DNA of 64,000 bases. Source: a virus. The translations under genes were made by a program, and so were the position numbers. How positions within the stretch are numbered: the first letter of the stretch is position 1; every line of letters begins with the position of its first letter. Location: IMG/VR virus record IMGVR_UViG_3300032215_000682, positions 1 to 64,000 of that record. One strand, written 5' to 3'. The notes beneath the pieces were generated by a model. It searched no databases and was not told the origin of the DNA. It worked only from the letters and a program-made list of their open reading frames with translations. Positions 50,160 through 60,529 of this stretch are shown here, one piece after another.

Positions 50160-50777
50160 TTAATTATTTTTAATTATTTCTTGACAATAATATTTTAATT
50201 CATCTAAATTTAAATCACTTTTCATTTGATTTATTACCATACATACTAATTGGACATTATCTTTTAAATATCCTTTATTAGAATCTATTCTATCAACACT
50301 AACATTTGTATATATTCTACCTTTACCCATTAAATAGGTCATTTGTATTTTACTAATAGCACATAAACCTTTTTAAGATTCCCATAACTTTAATAAAAAA
50401 TCTTGTTTAAAATCTATTAAATGTCCAGATTTTTTTGCTCTTTCTCTCAATCCACAAAACCTTTCCAATAACATTCTTTGAAGATTATTTGGTCTATTTG
50501 AAATAAGTCTTTGTTTTCTTTGTAATTCTTTACAAATCTTACATCTTGTACTCCTATTATTTCTATAAGATTTTTTAGGATCTACACTAAAAAATTCTTC
50601 ATCTTTAGTTTCTCCACAACTTAAACATAATAATTTTCCATCACAATAATGTTTTTCTTTATTTCTAATTAAAGATCTACAATTATTACAAATTAAAGAA
50701 AATCCTCCTACACAATTTTTACATTTATAAAATTTTGAAAATTCTTTTTCTATATTACATTGACTACACACTTTCAT
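50160..50777 (-). pseudogene. HNH-like homing endonuclease interrupted by an in-frame TAA at 50373-50375
   Basis: The two track ORFs share one frame: ...LWES*KGLCAISKIQMTY...SVDRIDSNKGYLKDNVQLVC; N-terminal CxxC zinc motifs. Confidence 0.8.
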
Positions 50778-50801
50778 ATATGAATTTTATTTTTCATTAT
50801 T

Positions 50802-51203
50802 TTAGCTTAAAGAGAGTAAATATAAAGTTTCATTAATTAAATTCTCTACAGAATCTAACTCATTTTGAATAGGTGTATTATTTCTATCAAATACTATATA
50901 TCTTTGTACTTTGACATATTGCAATACTTCTTTTAAATATGTTAAAGGATTAGCATTTTCATACTGTGCTATAGGAAAATCTTTATATCCTGATAAATGT
51001 GCTCCTAACATTCCAGATGATTTTTCTGCTATACTATCTGTTAGTTCTAATATTTCATCATAAAAAGAATTCATGGCTTTATGAGTTGCAAAGCTATTAG
51101 TTTTTAAATGAAGTATGTGAGAGATTGTTCTACATGCAAATAAATAGCTAATAAACTCAGCTACTTTTGATGTATTCTTTTTTTCTATAAATTTGATTTC
51201 CAT
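50802..51203 (-). CDS. Ferritin/Dps-like four-helix protein (DUF5856-like)
   Basis: HILHLKT.SFATHKAM..FYD....TDSIAE...TLYLL. Confidence 0.7.
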   Translation of the reverse strand: MEIKFIEKKNTSKVAEFISYLFACRTISHILHLKTNSFATHKAMNSFYDEILELTDSIAEKSSGMLGAHLSGYKDFPIAQYENANPLTYLKEVLQYVKVQRYIVFDRNNTPIQNELDSVENLINETLYLLSLS

Positions 51204-51214
51204 TATTATTAATT

Positions 51215-51730
51215 TTAAAATTTAAATGAATTAATTCTTCTTAGCCAGCCCACTAAAAATTGATTTTGACTTGGGGTAGTTTTACATATATTATTTACAA
51301 ATGTTATTCTATCATTTTGTAAATCTTTAAATAATTGTTCTTGATTAGCAGAATTAATAGCTTTAATTGTATTAGGGCCTATTATACCATCTGCTGTTAA
51401 TTTTAAAATAGTTTGTAAATGTTTAATAGCATAATATCCACTATTATAAAACCAGTCACATATAAAATTTGCAATTGATTGATTTTGTATATCATCACAA
51501 TGTAAAACATCCCAATAATATTTTTTAAGAATAAAGACAAATTCTTTTTTTCCTAATAGTTTAATATCATCACAATTAATGATGTTATCACCATTCATAT
51601 CCCATCCAAATTTTTGCCATGTAGCAAGTGTTATACCTTCATTAGTACAACCACCTAAGTCTGATTTATTATTTACATATCCTCCTTCAAATTGCAAAAG
51701 CATATCTGAAAATTTGTTTACATCTGCCAT
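51215..51730 (-). CDS. GH108 endolysin with a peptidoglycan-binding domain
   Basis: EGGYVN..D.GG.T..GIT, DGIIGPNT, GWLRR. Confidence 0.9.
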   Translation of the reverse strand: MADVNKFSDMLLQFEGGYVNNKSDLGGCTNEGITLATWQKFGWDMNGDNIINCDDIKLLGKKEFVFILKKYYWDVLHCDDIQNQSIANFICDWFYNSGYYAIKHLQTILKLTADGIIGPNTIKAINSANQEQLFKDLQNDRITFVNNICKTTPSQNQFLVGWLRRINSFKF

Positions 51731-51732
51731 AA

Positions 51733-54700
51733 TTATGTTTTACTTATTGTTTGATTATTAATTTGAAATTTCATTATATATTTGTGTTGTGAATCATTAT
51801 TATTAGAAAGTCTAACAATAAAAGCATCACTTCTTAATTGTTTTGTTAAAAATTCTTCTTTATAATTTAATGCTTTAGTATTAATATTTTTATAAGGAAC
51901 TTCACATGTATAAGTCATTAAAGGTTGTCCTTTAACACTAACATCTGTTATTGAATTAAATCTCCAATTATTTTCTATATTATCTACTAAAATGTCTTTA
52001 GAAAAGTGATTAATTTTTGGATAGGCAATTGATTGTTGCATATCATCTTTTTTAGCTACAATTAAATTTAACTGTCCTGTAGTTTGATTTTGATTATAAA
52101 TTAAAACCCCATCTAATGTTCTATCATTTACAAAGAAATAATTTAACATGTCTTCATATCTTAAAACATCACATTGATATTCTATAAAATCTACAGTGTT
52201 ATTAATAAATTTATCTTGTGTAACATATTCTATTATAAAAGGAAACAATTCTTCATAAAACACTTGATATGATTTGTTTGTTAATAAATGACTCCAAAGT
52301 CCTGTGCTATTTCCTGATTGAAAATATGTATTATTAGAGATATAATAATTAGGAATAAAAGAATAAAAACTAATCCATTCACCATTAATAGGAGAATAAG
52401 CTAATGTCCATGATTTATTACAAAAATATCTCTTGTCTTTTAAATTTATTTCTTCTCCATTTAAATAAAAAGCATTATTTTTATATTCCACTTTTCCTTT
52501 ATATTGAGAATTTAAAGCATAATCAAGTTTGGTAATAAACATCCTATCATATTTATTATCCCATGTAGTTGCTATTCCTATTTTATTATAAGCATCATCA
52601 ATATTAACATCTGGAAAATCTTTTCTAATACTAAAAGGAAGATGTTCTCTAAACCATGCTCTCATTTTAGGTTTATCTTTTCCTCTTGTTATATCTATTA
52701 GCTGATTTCCTCCTAATTGAAAAATAGAAGGATTTTCACTATTAACATAAAAATGTCCAAATGGTGTACTTTCAAAACTTTGATGTGTAGAACCACCAAA
52801 ACCTAAATCAGATTTATAATATTCTTGAGGCTTTGTAGCAAACATATTGCCTATGCTCACTTGTTGTTGTTCTAATGATGTATTAATTGTTATATAAGCA
52901 TTAAATACTTTTGTAGAATTGGTTTGTCTACATACCACCTTATCTTGTTCTATTCCATTTAAAGCTATTAGAGCACCATCTTCTAATGGAAAATCATAAT
53001 AATCATTGGCAGAATAATTAAGCCAATTAGGAACACCTTTATTAGAATAAATTGCTCTATTAGGAAATTGATTTCTTATATAAGAAAGGGCATTTGTATA
53101 ATCATTTCTAAGAATGTAATAAGGATTTTCTAAATTTTGTTTAGAATAATCAGAATTATAAAAATAATAATTATCAAATGATATTGGGTTCAAATATTGT
53201 TGAGTCCATGTTACAATATCTCCTACATAAGGATAGAAATTCTTTTCTTGATAATTTTCCCCATGTCTCATATCCACATTATAATCACTTTCACAAGCAA
53301 AATATGGAATGCCATATGAATACATTGGAAAATATCCTCTCTGATAAAACACACTACTTTCATCAACTATTGCATGAAGTTCTGGTGGTGTAAAATTAAA
53401 AAAGGCTTGACTGCCACTAGGATCTACAGGAGCTGTATCCATATAATATTTACTAAAAGCAACATTGCTTAATAATGAATATTGGACATCTGTATTAGGC
53501 TGGTCATTTATTCTATCTTGAATAAAAAAAGGCATTTTTCTCTTTAGTCCAAAATTATTAATATATGTATCACCTCCAAATATTGTATCACATGAAGAAT
53601 CTTGTATATTATTCCAATCTATTATACCACAATACCCTGTATCTACCCACTCAATATTTTCTATTGTTCCATACTGATCTGGTACATAAATTTTATTAGA
53701 AGCATAATAACTAGCTATATTAGAATATACACCTGTTTGAAGTTGATTAGAAGCTGCTATATTATTAAAAGCATCTGTTCTACTTGTATCACCTGTTAAA
53801 TTTCCATTAACATCATATATTAATGCCCCATTATTTAATACCCAATCAACACATTGAAAAGCTTTAGCAGGAATAATAACATCAGGAGTTGTAGCATCAT
53901 AAGCTGGAATAGAAAAGAAAATAGAACTTTCTCTCTCAAAATTATTAATTCTTACACTGGAATAATTATCATTAATTTGTATATTTCCAGGATTTAAATA
54001 TATATTGTTACTAGTGACACTAATTTTTTTATAAGGCCCATTTTCTATAAAAGAAGAACTATTATATTTACCATCAGAAATATAATATATTGTAGGATTT
54101 CTAGGAATTCCAAGAGATTTAAATAAGTCTGTAAACTCTTTAGTATATTTACCTTGATTAGTAGCAAAACCAAATCCTATACCTATTGCAAGTTCTATAG
54201 CAAATCCTACTAATGGAGCACTTGTTCCAAATATTGTTATAGGAGCTGCTGCTGATGCTGCATTAAAAGCATCTATAACTATTTCAAGAGCTGCTAACAC
54301 TTCTGCAAATGTATAAGCTTGTTTAGTTAATAATGTATAAGGAGCATGTTTCACCACTTCTACATATTCACCTCTTGATATTCCATATTGAATAGATTCA
54401 AGTTTAATAATATTTCCTAAAAATGGTTTATTAAAACTTGTATTAGGAGAGTGAAATGTATATCTAGCATTAACATAATTATTATTTTTATAAGGGTGCT
54501 TAACATTGCTTCCTCCTCTTTTATCTAAAAGATAAACATCTGTATTTAAATCATTATAAGAATAAGATGGATAGTATATTTTTTCAAAGCTTTGACTACC
54601 ATCTAATGCTTTTATAGGCTCTCCTTTAGAATTTAAAGCATTTGATTTCCATACATCATATAAAAGCCCATTAGCTAAAATAGATTTATTGCTTCTTCTA

Positions 54701-57633
54701 TTACTTCTTTTAATTCCATAACCTACAATATTAAGCCTTTCTTCATTAGAAATTAATTTAGAAATCTCAGCATCTATTAATATTTCTTTTACACTTTCAA
54801 CATCTAAATTAACCCCTATAGGATAGAATTTATTTTTTATAGTATATTGTGTAGGTCTATTAGCTACACTTCTATCAGAAGCATTGTAAGCACTATTTTG
54901 AATGTTTGCCACCCTACAATCAGGAAATTTAAAATGTCTAATTGGTTGTGAACATAATTCAGCATAAACATCTTTATTATTTGGATAGGATTCACTACTT
55001 TTCCAATAGGCAAAATCACCTATATGATAGGTTTGTTTTTCACATTCAGCATTAACATATACTTGTGTAGGTGTAGGGACTAATGATTTATAAATACATT
55101 CAAATTCATAAATTCCAGGTATATCAATAATTTTACTTCCAATAACTGTAGGAGTGGTGATACAAATTGTAGCAAATCCCCATTTAGCTTGTCCAAAAAG
55201 TCCACTATTTTGATCCCAAGAAGGATTTGCATCATTTGTAATAGTAGTGGGATCTGGAGTAAATATTCTAAAATAGTATGTTTGCCCCACTGTTAAAGCA
55301 ATTTGACCATTTGCTACATCTCCTACTAGTAAATATATCCCTGTAGAAGAATCTTGTGGACTTGAACAAGCTATTGGACAACTTCCTAAACAATCTTGAA
55401 ATACTTCTAAACTAAATTTAGTATTAGTAAGACCAGAATTTATACCACTGAGTCCTAAATTAATAGCATGTGTTTTAGCTGTAGCTATAAATGAATACCA
55501 CACTTGATTATCTGTATAACATGTACCAAAACTATTACATGATTGACATCCTGCACATCCTGATGGATTATATAAATCTGTTGGTGATGACACTCTTGCT
55601 AAATAAGCATAATCATTAGGTTGATTAGTTGTAGGATTGAGTCTACATGCACCATTAGTACTTGGAGCTATTTGTAAAGCTGTTGCACATGTTTTATTAA
55701 TAGGAACAAATAAATCTGAGTTTAACACTTGACTGGCAGCATTACCTGTTCCTGCTCCAAAAGCATCTGCAAATGTTGTATTATATTTTGGACTATGTAT
55801 TAGATTAGTTTGAGTGTATGTTGAAACACTAGTGTTAATTTGTGGTGCTTGTAATGTTTTAAATATTATTGAATCTGCAATATTATTATAGCCACTAGGA
55901 ATTATACATCCACAATTTGTTAATAAAGTGTTATTAATATTATAAAATGTAATATTATCTGAGCTATATATCTTTGTATTAGGCTCAATACCACCAATAT
56001 TATTAATTTTTGAATAATAAAAAGGTGGTGTAGAAGATTGTGGATCATTAGTATATAAATCACTATTACAACTAAAGTATTTATATGTGTCTACTATTTG
56101 TACACCAGAAGCATTATAGGGACAATTTGGAGATTGTCCTTCATCTTGTGCTGTATTATATACTTGCCATAATTTATTAATTTCTTGTGAAGGACAACCT
56201 TGTGCTGTCAACTCATTGCCATCTGTAACAATATAATCAACATCTAAAACATCTGTTGTATTTATATAATTATCTATGGTGTCTTTCATTTTATAAGCAT
56301 CTTTATAATACTGCTTATCATTATTAGAAAGAATAAAATCTGCTGTTGTTCCTCCTCCTTTTAATTTAAAATATATACTAAAAGCATATACTTCATCTCT
56401 ATTATATCCTACATAATTAGCAGCATTATTACTATTAGAATAAAAATCAGATGGCACTTCTATTGTTTGCCATTTTAAATGTAATTTATTAACTACAGGT
56501 TGTAAATTTAACTCTCTTTGAGCTTCTAGTCCATACCAAAATAGAAAATCATTAGCTTTTGTTATTCCCTCAGCTTTATTATAAAGAGGTCTTCTTCTTA
56601 ATACATCATCAATAGTAAGTCTTGCTTCACTATCATATTCATTACCTGTAAATGTATAAATAAAATTATTAGAATTAATAGAAAATGTCCCTATTTGAAA
56701 TATAGATGTTGTGTTATTTACTGTTATTAGAACAATAATATTTATATAATTATATCTTTTAGCATCTAAATTACTAATAGAAAGTTTAATTGCTTGACTT
56801 GTTAAATAATCTGTATTAACTGTAATAGTGTTAGTGGTATCATAAATAGGAAATGGGTTGGATATTGTAAAATAATCTGTTAATTCTACACCAATACTAT
56901 TAGAATAGCTTACACTAAATTGATATGTTCCAGCTTTTAAACTTCCTCCAATAACATCTTCTATTGTATTTAAACAAGGAATATTAAAAGGTTCATTCAC
57001 TAATATTTTAGAACAATCTAATTGATTTGTATATATAATTTCTCCACAATCTCCTGTTGATTGTACAATATAAGGAATATGAGAAATATCTAAAAATCTC
57101 ATTCCATTATTATAGTCTGTAAAATAAATAACAATTGATTCATTATTAGGAAGATTATTATTAGGATTGTATCCAATACTAAAAGAACTTCTAATAGGAA
57201 AATTTATATTAAAATTAAGACATGGAGCATTAATTATTGTTTCATATTGACAAAGTTCTTTCTGTTCTATTAATTCTAATGGCTTTCCTTCAATATAAGA
57301 AGCATTACATGTAGAACAAAATACTTTTTCATCAGCAATGTCTTCATAATTAGAACTTCTAATCATTCCAATTTCTGAATCTTTTGTTGATTCATTTACT
57401 AGAAAGAATATAACAATATTTTTAATAGAAATATTTAATGTTCCTATTACAGAATATCCTTCTTTAAATCTTGTACATAGCAAATTACTAGGCTCATTAG
57501 AAATTCTAAATAAGTTTCCTGATACATCTTGTATATTAGCATTTACTGCAAGACTATAAGAGTTTGGAGACATGTTTGAGATATGAGAATCCATATCCAT
57601 CCCAACACTTGTCTGATTTATTTCTTGTGACAT
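51733..57633 (-). CDS. crAss-like tail stabilisation/muzzle protein with a large internal insertion
   Basis: GMDMD start, GYNRDEVYAF, IRHFKFPD, FGGDTYI, SWTLAYSP...WISFYSFIP; gene order. Confidence 0.75.
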   Translation of the reverse strand: MSQEINQTSVGMDMDSHISNMSPNSYSLAVNANIQDVSGNLFRISNEPSNLLCTRFKEGYSVIGTLNISIKNIVIFFLVNESTKDSEIGMIRSSNYEDIADEKVFCSTCNASYIEGKPLELIEQKELCQYETIINAPCLNFNINFPIRSSFSIGYNPNNNLPNNESIVIYFTDYNNGMRFLDISHIPYIVQSTGDCGEIIYTNQLDCSKILVNEPFNIPCLNTIEDVIGGSLKAGTYQFSVSYSNSIGVELTDYFTISNPFPIYDTTNTITVNTDYLTSQAIKLSISNLDAKRYNYINIIVLITVNNTTSIFQIGTFSINSNNFIYTFTGNEYDSEARLTIDDVLRRRPLYNKAEGITKANDFLFWYGLEAQRELNLQPVVNKLHLKWQTIEVPSDFYSNSNNAANYVGYNRDEVYAFSIYFKLKGGGTTADFILSNNDKQYYKDAYKMKDTIDNYINTTDVLDVDYIVTDGNELTAQGCPSQEINKLWQVYNTAQDEGQSPNCPYNASGVQIVDTYKYFSCNSDLYTNDPQSSTPPFYYSKINNIGGIEPNTKIYSSDNITFYNINNTLLTNCGCIIPSGYNNIADSIIFKTLQAPQINTSVSTYTQTNLIHSPKYNTTFADAFGAGTGNAASQVLNSDLFVPINKTCATALQIAPSTNGACRLNPTTNQPNDYAYLARVSSPTDLYNPSGCAGCQSCNSFGTCYTDNQVWYSFIATAKTHAINLGLSGINSGLTNTKFSLEVFQDCLGSCPIACSSPQDSSTGIYLLVGDVANGQIALTVGQTYYFRIFTPDPTTITNDANPSWDQNSGLFGQAKWGFATICITTPTVIGSKIIDIPGIYEFECIYKSLVPTPTQVYVNAECEKQTYHIGDFAYWKSSESYPNNKDVYAELCSQPIRHFKFPDCRVANIQNSAYNASDRSVANRPTQYTIKNKFYPIGVNLDVESVKEILIDAEISKLISNEERLNIVGYGIKRSNRRSNKSILANGLLYDVWKSNALNSKGEPIKALDGSQSFEKIYYPSYSYNDLNTDVYLLDKRGGSNVKHPYKNNNYVNARYTFHSPNTSFNKPFLGNIIKLESIQYGISRGEYVEVVKHAPYTLLTKQAYTFAEVLAALEIVIDAFNAASAAAPITIFGTSAPLVGFAIELAIGIGFGFATNQGKYTKEFTDLFKSLGIPRNPTIYYISDGKYNSSSFIENGPYKKISVTSNNIYLNPGNIQINDNYSSVRINNFERESSIFFSIPAYDATTPDVIIPAKAFQCVDWVLNNGALIYDVNGNLTGDTSRTDAFNNIAASNQLQTGVYSNIASYYASNKIYVPDQYGTIENIEWVDTGYCGIIDWNNIQDSSCDTIFGGDTYINNFGLKRKMPFFIQDRINDQPNTDVQYSLLSNVAFSKYYMDTAPVDPSGSQAFFNFTPPELHAIVDESSVFYQRGYFPMYSYGIPYFACESDYNVDMRHGENYQEKNFYPYVGDIVTWTQQYLNPISFDNYYFYNSDYSKQNLENPYYILRNDYTNALSYIRNQFPNRAIYSNKGVPNWLNYSANDYYDFPLEDGALIALNGIEQDKVVCRQTNSTKVFNAYITINTSLEQQQVSIGNMFATKPQEYYKSDLGFGGSTHQSFESTPFGHFYVNSENPSIFQLGGNQLIDITRGKDKPKMRAWFREHLPFSIRKDFPDVNIDDAYNKIGIATTWDNKYDRMFITKLDYALNSQYKGKVEYKNNAFYLNGEEINLKDKRYFCNKSWTLAYSPINGEWISFYSFIPNYYISNNTYFQSGNSTGLWSHLLTNKSYQVFYEELFPFIIEYVTQDKFINNTVDFIEYQCDVLRYEDMLNYFFVNDRTLDGVLIYNQNQTTGQLNLIVAKKDDMQQSIAYPKINHFSKDILVDNIENNWRFNSITDVSVKGQPLMTYTCEVPYKNINTKALNYKEEFLTKQLRSDAFIVRLSNNNDSQHKYIMKFQINNQTISKT

Positions 57634-57642
57634 TATTATTTT

Positions 57643-58602
57643 TTAAAAGTGTCTTACATTCATTCTCTCATAGGAATAGTATTGATTCCTAAGCCTTCTG
57701 CTATCTTCAACAAGTTTATTAAAACTAGGTAATTTTGAAAGGAATCTTGCCTCAGCCATACTTTTAGCTGATTTTTCATTCCAATATTTTAATTTATTTT
57801 CTAAATTAACATCTTGACTATCAGACCACATAGCTTCAAAAAAGAATAATATTAAATAATCTCTAAGAGCTTGTAAGAGCACAGGATGATCTCCCACTAA
57901 TGGCAACCCTGTTTTTTCATCAAAAGGCCCTGAATAATATCTAATAAACATCATAGGGTGCTTTAAATTAGAAAAGACATAATAAGTGTTTCCTTGTTTT
58001 CTAATAGAAATATCATGTACACCACCTCCTTTAAAATTTTTACAATGTTTATGACAAAATGTTTCTGTTAATTTATTTCCAAGTTTTAAAAGTCTTGGTG
58101 TAAAATTCCATTCATAATTAGCATTAGCCCATGAATTTCCTTCAACATATTCTTTAATAGTCACTTTTTCTATTACATTTTCTGGAGCACAACCATTTAT
58201 ATAAACACCATAAGTGGGTTGATTACATATTCCTCCAGGCTGTTGTATCATTTCACAATCTTTATGTGTATAAACAACAATTTTATCTTGAAATTCTCTC
58301 CAATGAAAAGGCTTTATTTCTTTTCCATTATATGTTTCATTTTCTAATTCTCTATGATTTTCTTTACAAAGCCAAGCAGAATCTAACATCATAAAGTCAC
58401 AAGGAAGTTGTCCTTTGTGATCTGTAAGTGTTATCATAGTGTCTTTTCTTTCAAAGAGAGAAAGTCCTAAATTAGAATTAAACCAAGCTATTTGGTCATA
58501 AAATTTACCAACATCTAAAAGACCATTAGCTGAATAAGAAGCTAAATAGTCCTCTATATAGTTCATTGTGGAGTCACAACTTATTAAATTAAAATCACTC
58601 AT
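57643..58602 (-). CDS. Tail tubular/ring protein
   Basis: LPCDF motif, GLPLV; directly upstream of the stabilisation gene. Confidence 0.6.
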   Translation of the reverse strand: MSDFNLISCDSTMNYIEDYLASYSANGLLDVGKFYDQIAWFNSNLGLSLFERKDTMITLTDHKGQLPCDFMMLDSAWLCKENHRELENETYNGKEIKPFHWREFQDKIVVYTHKDCEMIQQPGGICNQPTYGVYINGCAPENVIEKVTIKEYVEGNSWANANYEWNFTPRLLKLGNKLTETFCHKHCKNFKGGGVHDISIRKQGNTYYVFSNLKHPMMFIRYYSGPFDEKTGLPLVGDHPVLLQALRDYLILFFFEAMWSDSQDVNLENKLKYWNEKSAKSMAEARFLSKLPSFNKLVEDSRRLRNQYYSYERMNVRHF

Positions 58603-59165
58603 TATATTATTTGATTAATTCTTCTTTTATAAAAATCTTGAAATTTATAAGAATAAAAATTAGCATCAGTTTTTACTTTCTTAGCTAATTGTTGTTTTAA
58701 TTGTTTTGTAGGTTCCCATCTATAAACATGTGCTTTTTTAGAAGTTGTATTCTTTCTATTAAACCACATAAATCTAAACCAATCTAAATAGTGTTCTAAA
58801 TTCATATATCTTTGTGGGTGAGAATATTTTTTTAGTCTTCTTTCTTTTAAATATTCTGAAAGATTAGAATTCTTTATTTTTTCTATTGTTTCTTCTTTAT
58901 TTTCTCTATGGTTAATAGGTGTATATTTAGACACCACTAATGTTCCCATATTTTTAAAAATATTAAAACCTTCAGGATTTTCTAATAGCCATTTACCTAT
59001 TTCTATATTAGAAAGCATTATCACTTGGTAAATATCTGAATTAGAAAGTTGCCTTCTATTCATCTTAAATCTCTTTCTGATTTTTTTACATAATTCATTA
59101 GAAAATACAGAAGTTTTTTCTCCATATTTTAGAATTCCTTTAGATGTTTCTATCTTTTGACTCAT
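58602..59165 (-). CDS. Basic IHF/HU-like protein of the crAss-like tail module
   Basis: NMGTLVVSK, YMNLEH, FRFMW; synteny. Confidence 0.55.
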   Translation of the reverse strand: MSQKIETSKGILKYGEKTSVFSNELCKKIRKRFKMNRRQLSNSDIYQVIMLSNIEIGKWLLENPEGFNIFKNMGTLVVSKYTPINHRENKEETIEKIKNSNLSEYLKERRLKKYSHPQRYMNLEHYLDWFRFMWFNRKNTTSKKAHVYRWEPTKQLKQQLAKKVKTDANFYSYKFQDFYKRRINQII

Positions 59166-59881
59166 TCTTTTGGTTGTATTGGTTGTTTAGTTTTGATATT
59201 TGAATCAAGGTCAGGATTGGAATCTTTTACAAACTTGCCATAAACAGAAGCTAATTCTGTTATAAGTTGTTGTTTAACATTATGTAAAAGATATTCAGGA
59301 CATACAAATTCATAATCTAAAGGACTATCTATACAATCAGGCACATCACATGATTCACATTCATCTTGTATTAAACTATCTACAAGCCAAGGTTTTTTAA
59401 AATAAGCTTCTATTGTAATAGTTTCAACATCAGAATTAGGAATATAAATATATCCATCAATAAAAAAATAATATTTCTTTCTAAAATCAACATATTGTCT
59501 ATTTTGAATAGCTCTCCACTGTTTGGGAAATATAGGTTCATAATAAGTTTCTAAATTGACACTAGAGACATACTTTATTAGATTGCCATATCTTGTAGAA
59601 AATGTGCTTGGAAGCCTGTATTTAGTCCTCTGTAGCCTTTTACATACATAAGTGTCAAGAGCTTCACAACTTGTTATAGGTACATCTATAAGGTTTAAGC
59701 AATTAATAACTTTCCACCCCTCCTGTAATTTATACACCCTTCTGGAATCATTTTCCTTTTTAATGTAGTCTGCTGCTATATCAATAGCTTTACTAATTAC
59801 AAATTGTGGAGGAAGATAATCATCTACTGAAATTGCACGAAGATCATTCCATGTCTCACTAATTAATTGTCTGTTGGTCAT
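59162..59881 (-). CDS. Head-tail ring/adaptor protein
   Basis: Cys-containing LIDVP..C motif, YYFFIDGYIYIPN; synteny. Confidence 0.55.
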   Translation of the reverse strand: MTNRQLISETWNDLRAISVDDYLPPQFVISKAIDIAADYIKKENDSRRVYKLQEGWKVINCLNLIDVPITSCEALDTYVCKRLQRTKYRLPSTFSTRYGNLIKYVSSVNLETYYEPIFPKQWRAIQNRQYVDFRKKYYFFIDGYIYIPNSDVETITIEAYFKKPWLVDSLIQDECESCDVPDCIDSPLDYEFVCPEYLLHNVKQQLITELASVYGKFVKDSNPDLDSNIKTKQPIQPKE

Positions 59882-59888
59882 AATTGTG

Positions 59889-59920
59889 TAAATATACTAA
59901 TAATTATTGAATTTTCCTAA
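59889..59920 (-). promoter_or_regulatory. Promoter variant TTAGGAA-N17-TATATTTA
   Basis: Same upstream box and spacing, one mismatch to TAnnTTTG. Confidence 0.6.
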
Positions 59921-59957
59921 TACCTCATAAAATTATGTGAAATTAGTGAATATAAAT

Positions 59958-59989
59958 AAAAAACCCCTAGAGGATGTCTCTAAGGGCTT
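59958..59989 (-). terminator. Rho-independent terminator
   Basis: Minus strand CCCTTAGAG-ACATC-CTCTAGGGG followed by TTTTTT. Confidence 0.75.
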
Positions 59990-59999
59990 GTGTTAATTG

Positions 60000-60392
60000 T
60001 TAATTTAAGTATTCCAAACTAGAAGATAGCAATGTTTGGTTAATTTGCCCTAGAAGCTCTTCAGACATCTCTACAAGCTCTTCATCTCCTATGTCTATAC
60101 TCCAATCTAATAAGTCTTCTACAAAGCTTGCAAATGAATCTAATAGCATTTTATTTGATAAATCTTCATTTACATCTGCTGTAATAGTTTCTGGAATATG
60201 TTCATATTCTCTCATTACATGTTCTGGTATAGCTTCTGCATAAAAAAGTGTTATTTTATATAACTCTTCTAATGCTAGTCTTTCTGTAGCTCTTTCTGTA
60301 ATTGACATATTAAAAGTTAGTTGCTCAGGGAAAACTACAAAACCTAGAAATATATCTTCAATGGTAAATTCATCCTCTATTTTATTTTTCAT
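60000..60392 (-). CDS. Highly acidic hypothetical protein
   Basis: 130 aa, E/D-rich. Confidence 0.65.
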   Translation of the reverse strand: MKNKIEDEFTIEDIFLGFVVFPEQLTFNMSITERATERLALEELYKITLFYAEAIPEHVMREYEHIPETITADVNEDLSNKMLLDSFASFVEDLLDWSIDIGDEELVEMSEELLGQINQTLLSSSLEYLN

Positions 60393-60529
60393 TTTATTAT
60401 TTCTACTTTTCTTACATTCATTCCTTCCACATCTTTTGCTAAAATATTAGCCATTTGTGATGTATAATTGCCTAAACAATTCATTATTCTGTATGTACCA
60501 TCAATACATTCTATTTTTATTTTAGTCAT
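60389..60529 (-). CDS. 46-aa hypothetical protein (not in the ORF track)
   Basis: MTKIKIECIDGTYRIMNC...KVEIIK; overlaps both neighbours. Confidence 0.5.
   Translation of the reverse strand: MTKIKIECIDGTYRIMNCLGNYTSQMANILAKDVEGMNVRKVEIIK

Noticed and set aside
22692-57633. Stop-codon reassignment (TAG or TGA), known in some crAss-like phages
   Set aside because: The giant late genes are uninterrupted in code 11; the only internal stop found is a TAA, the dominant true stop; no suppressor tRNA was seen
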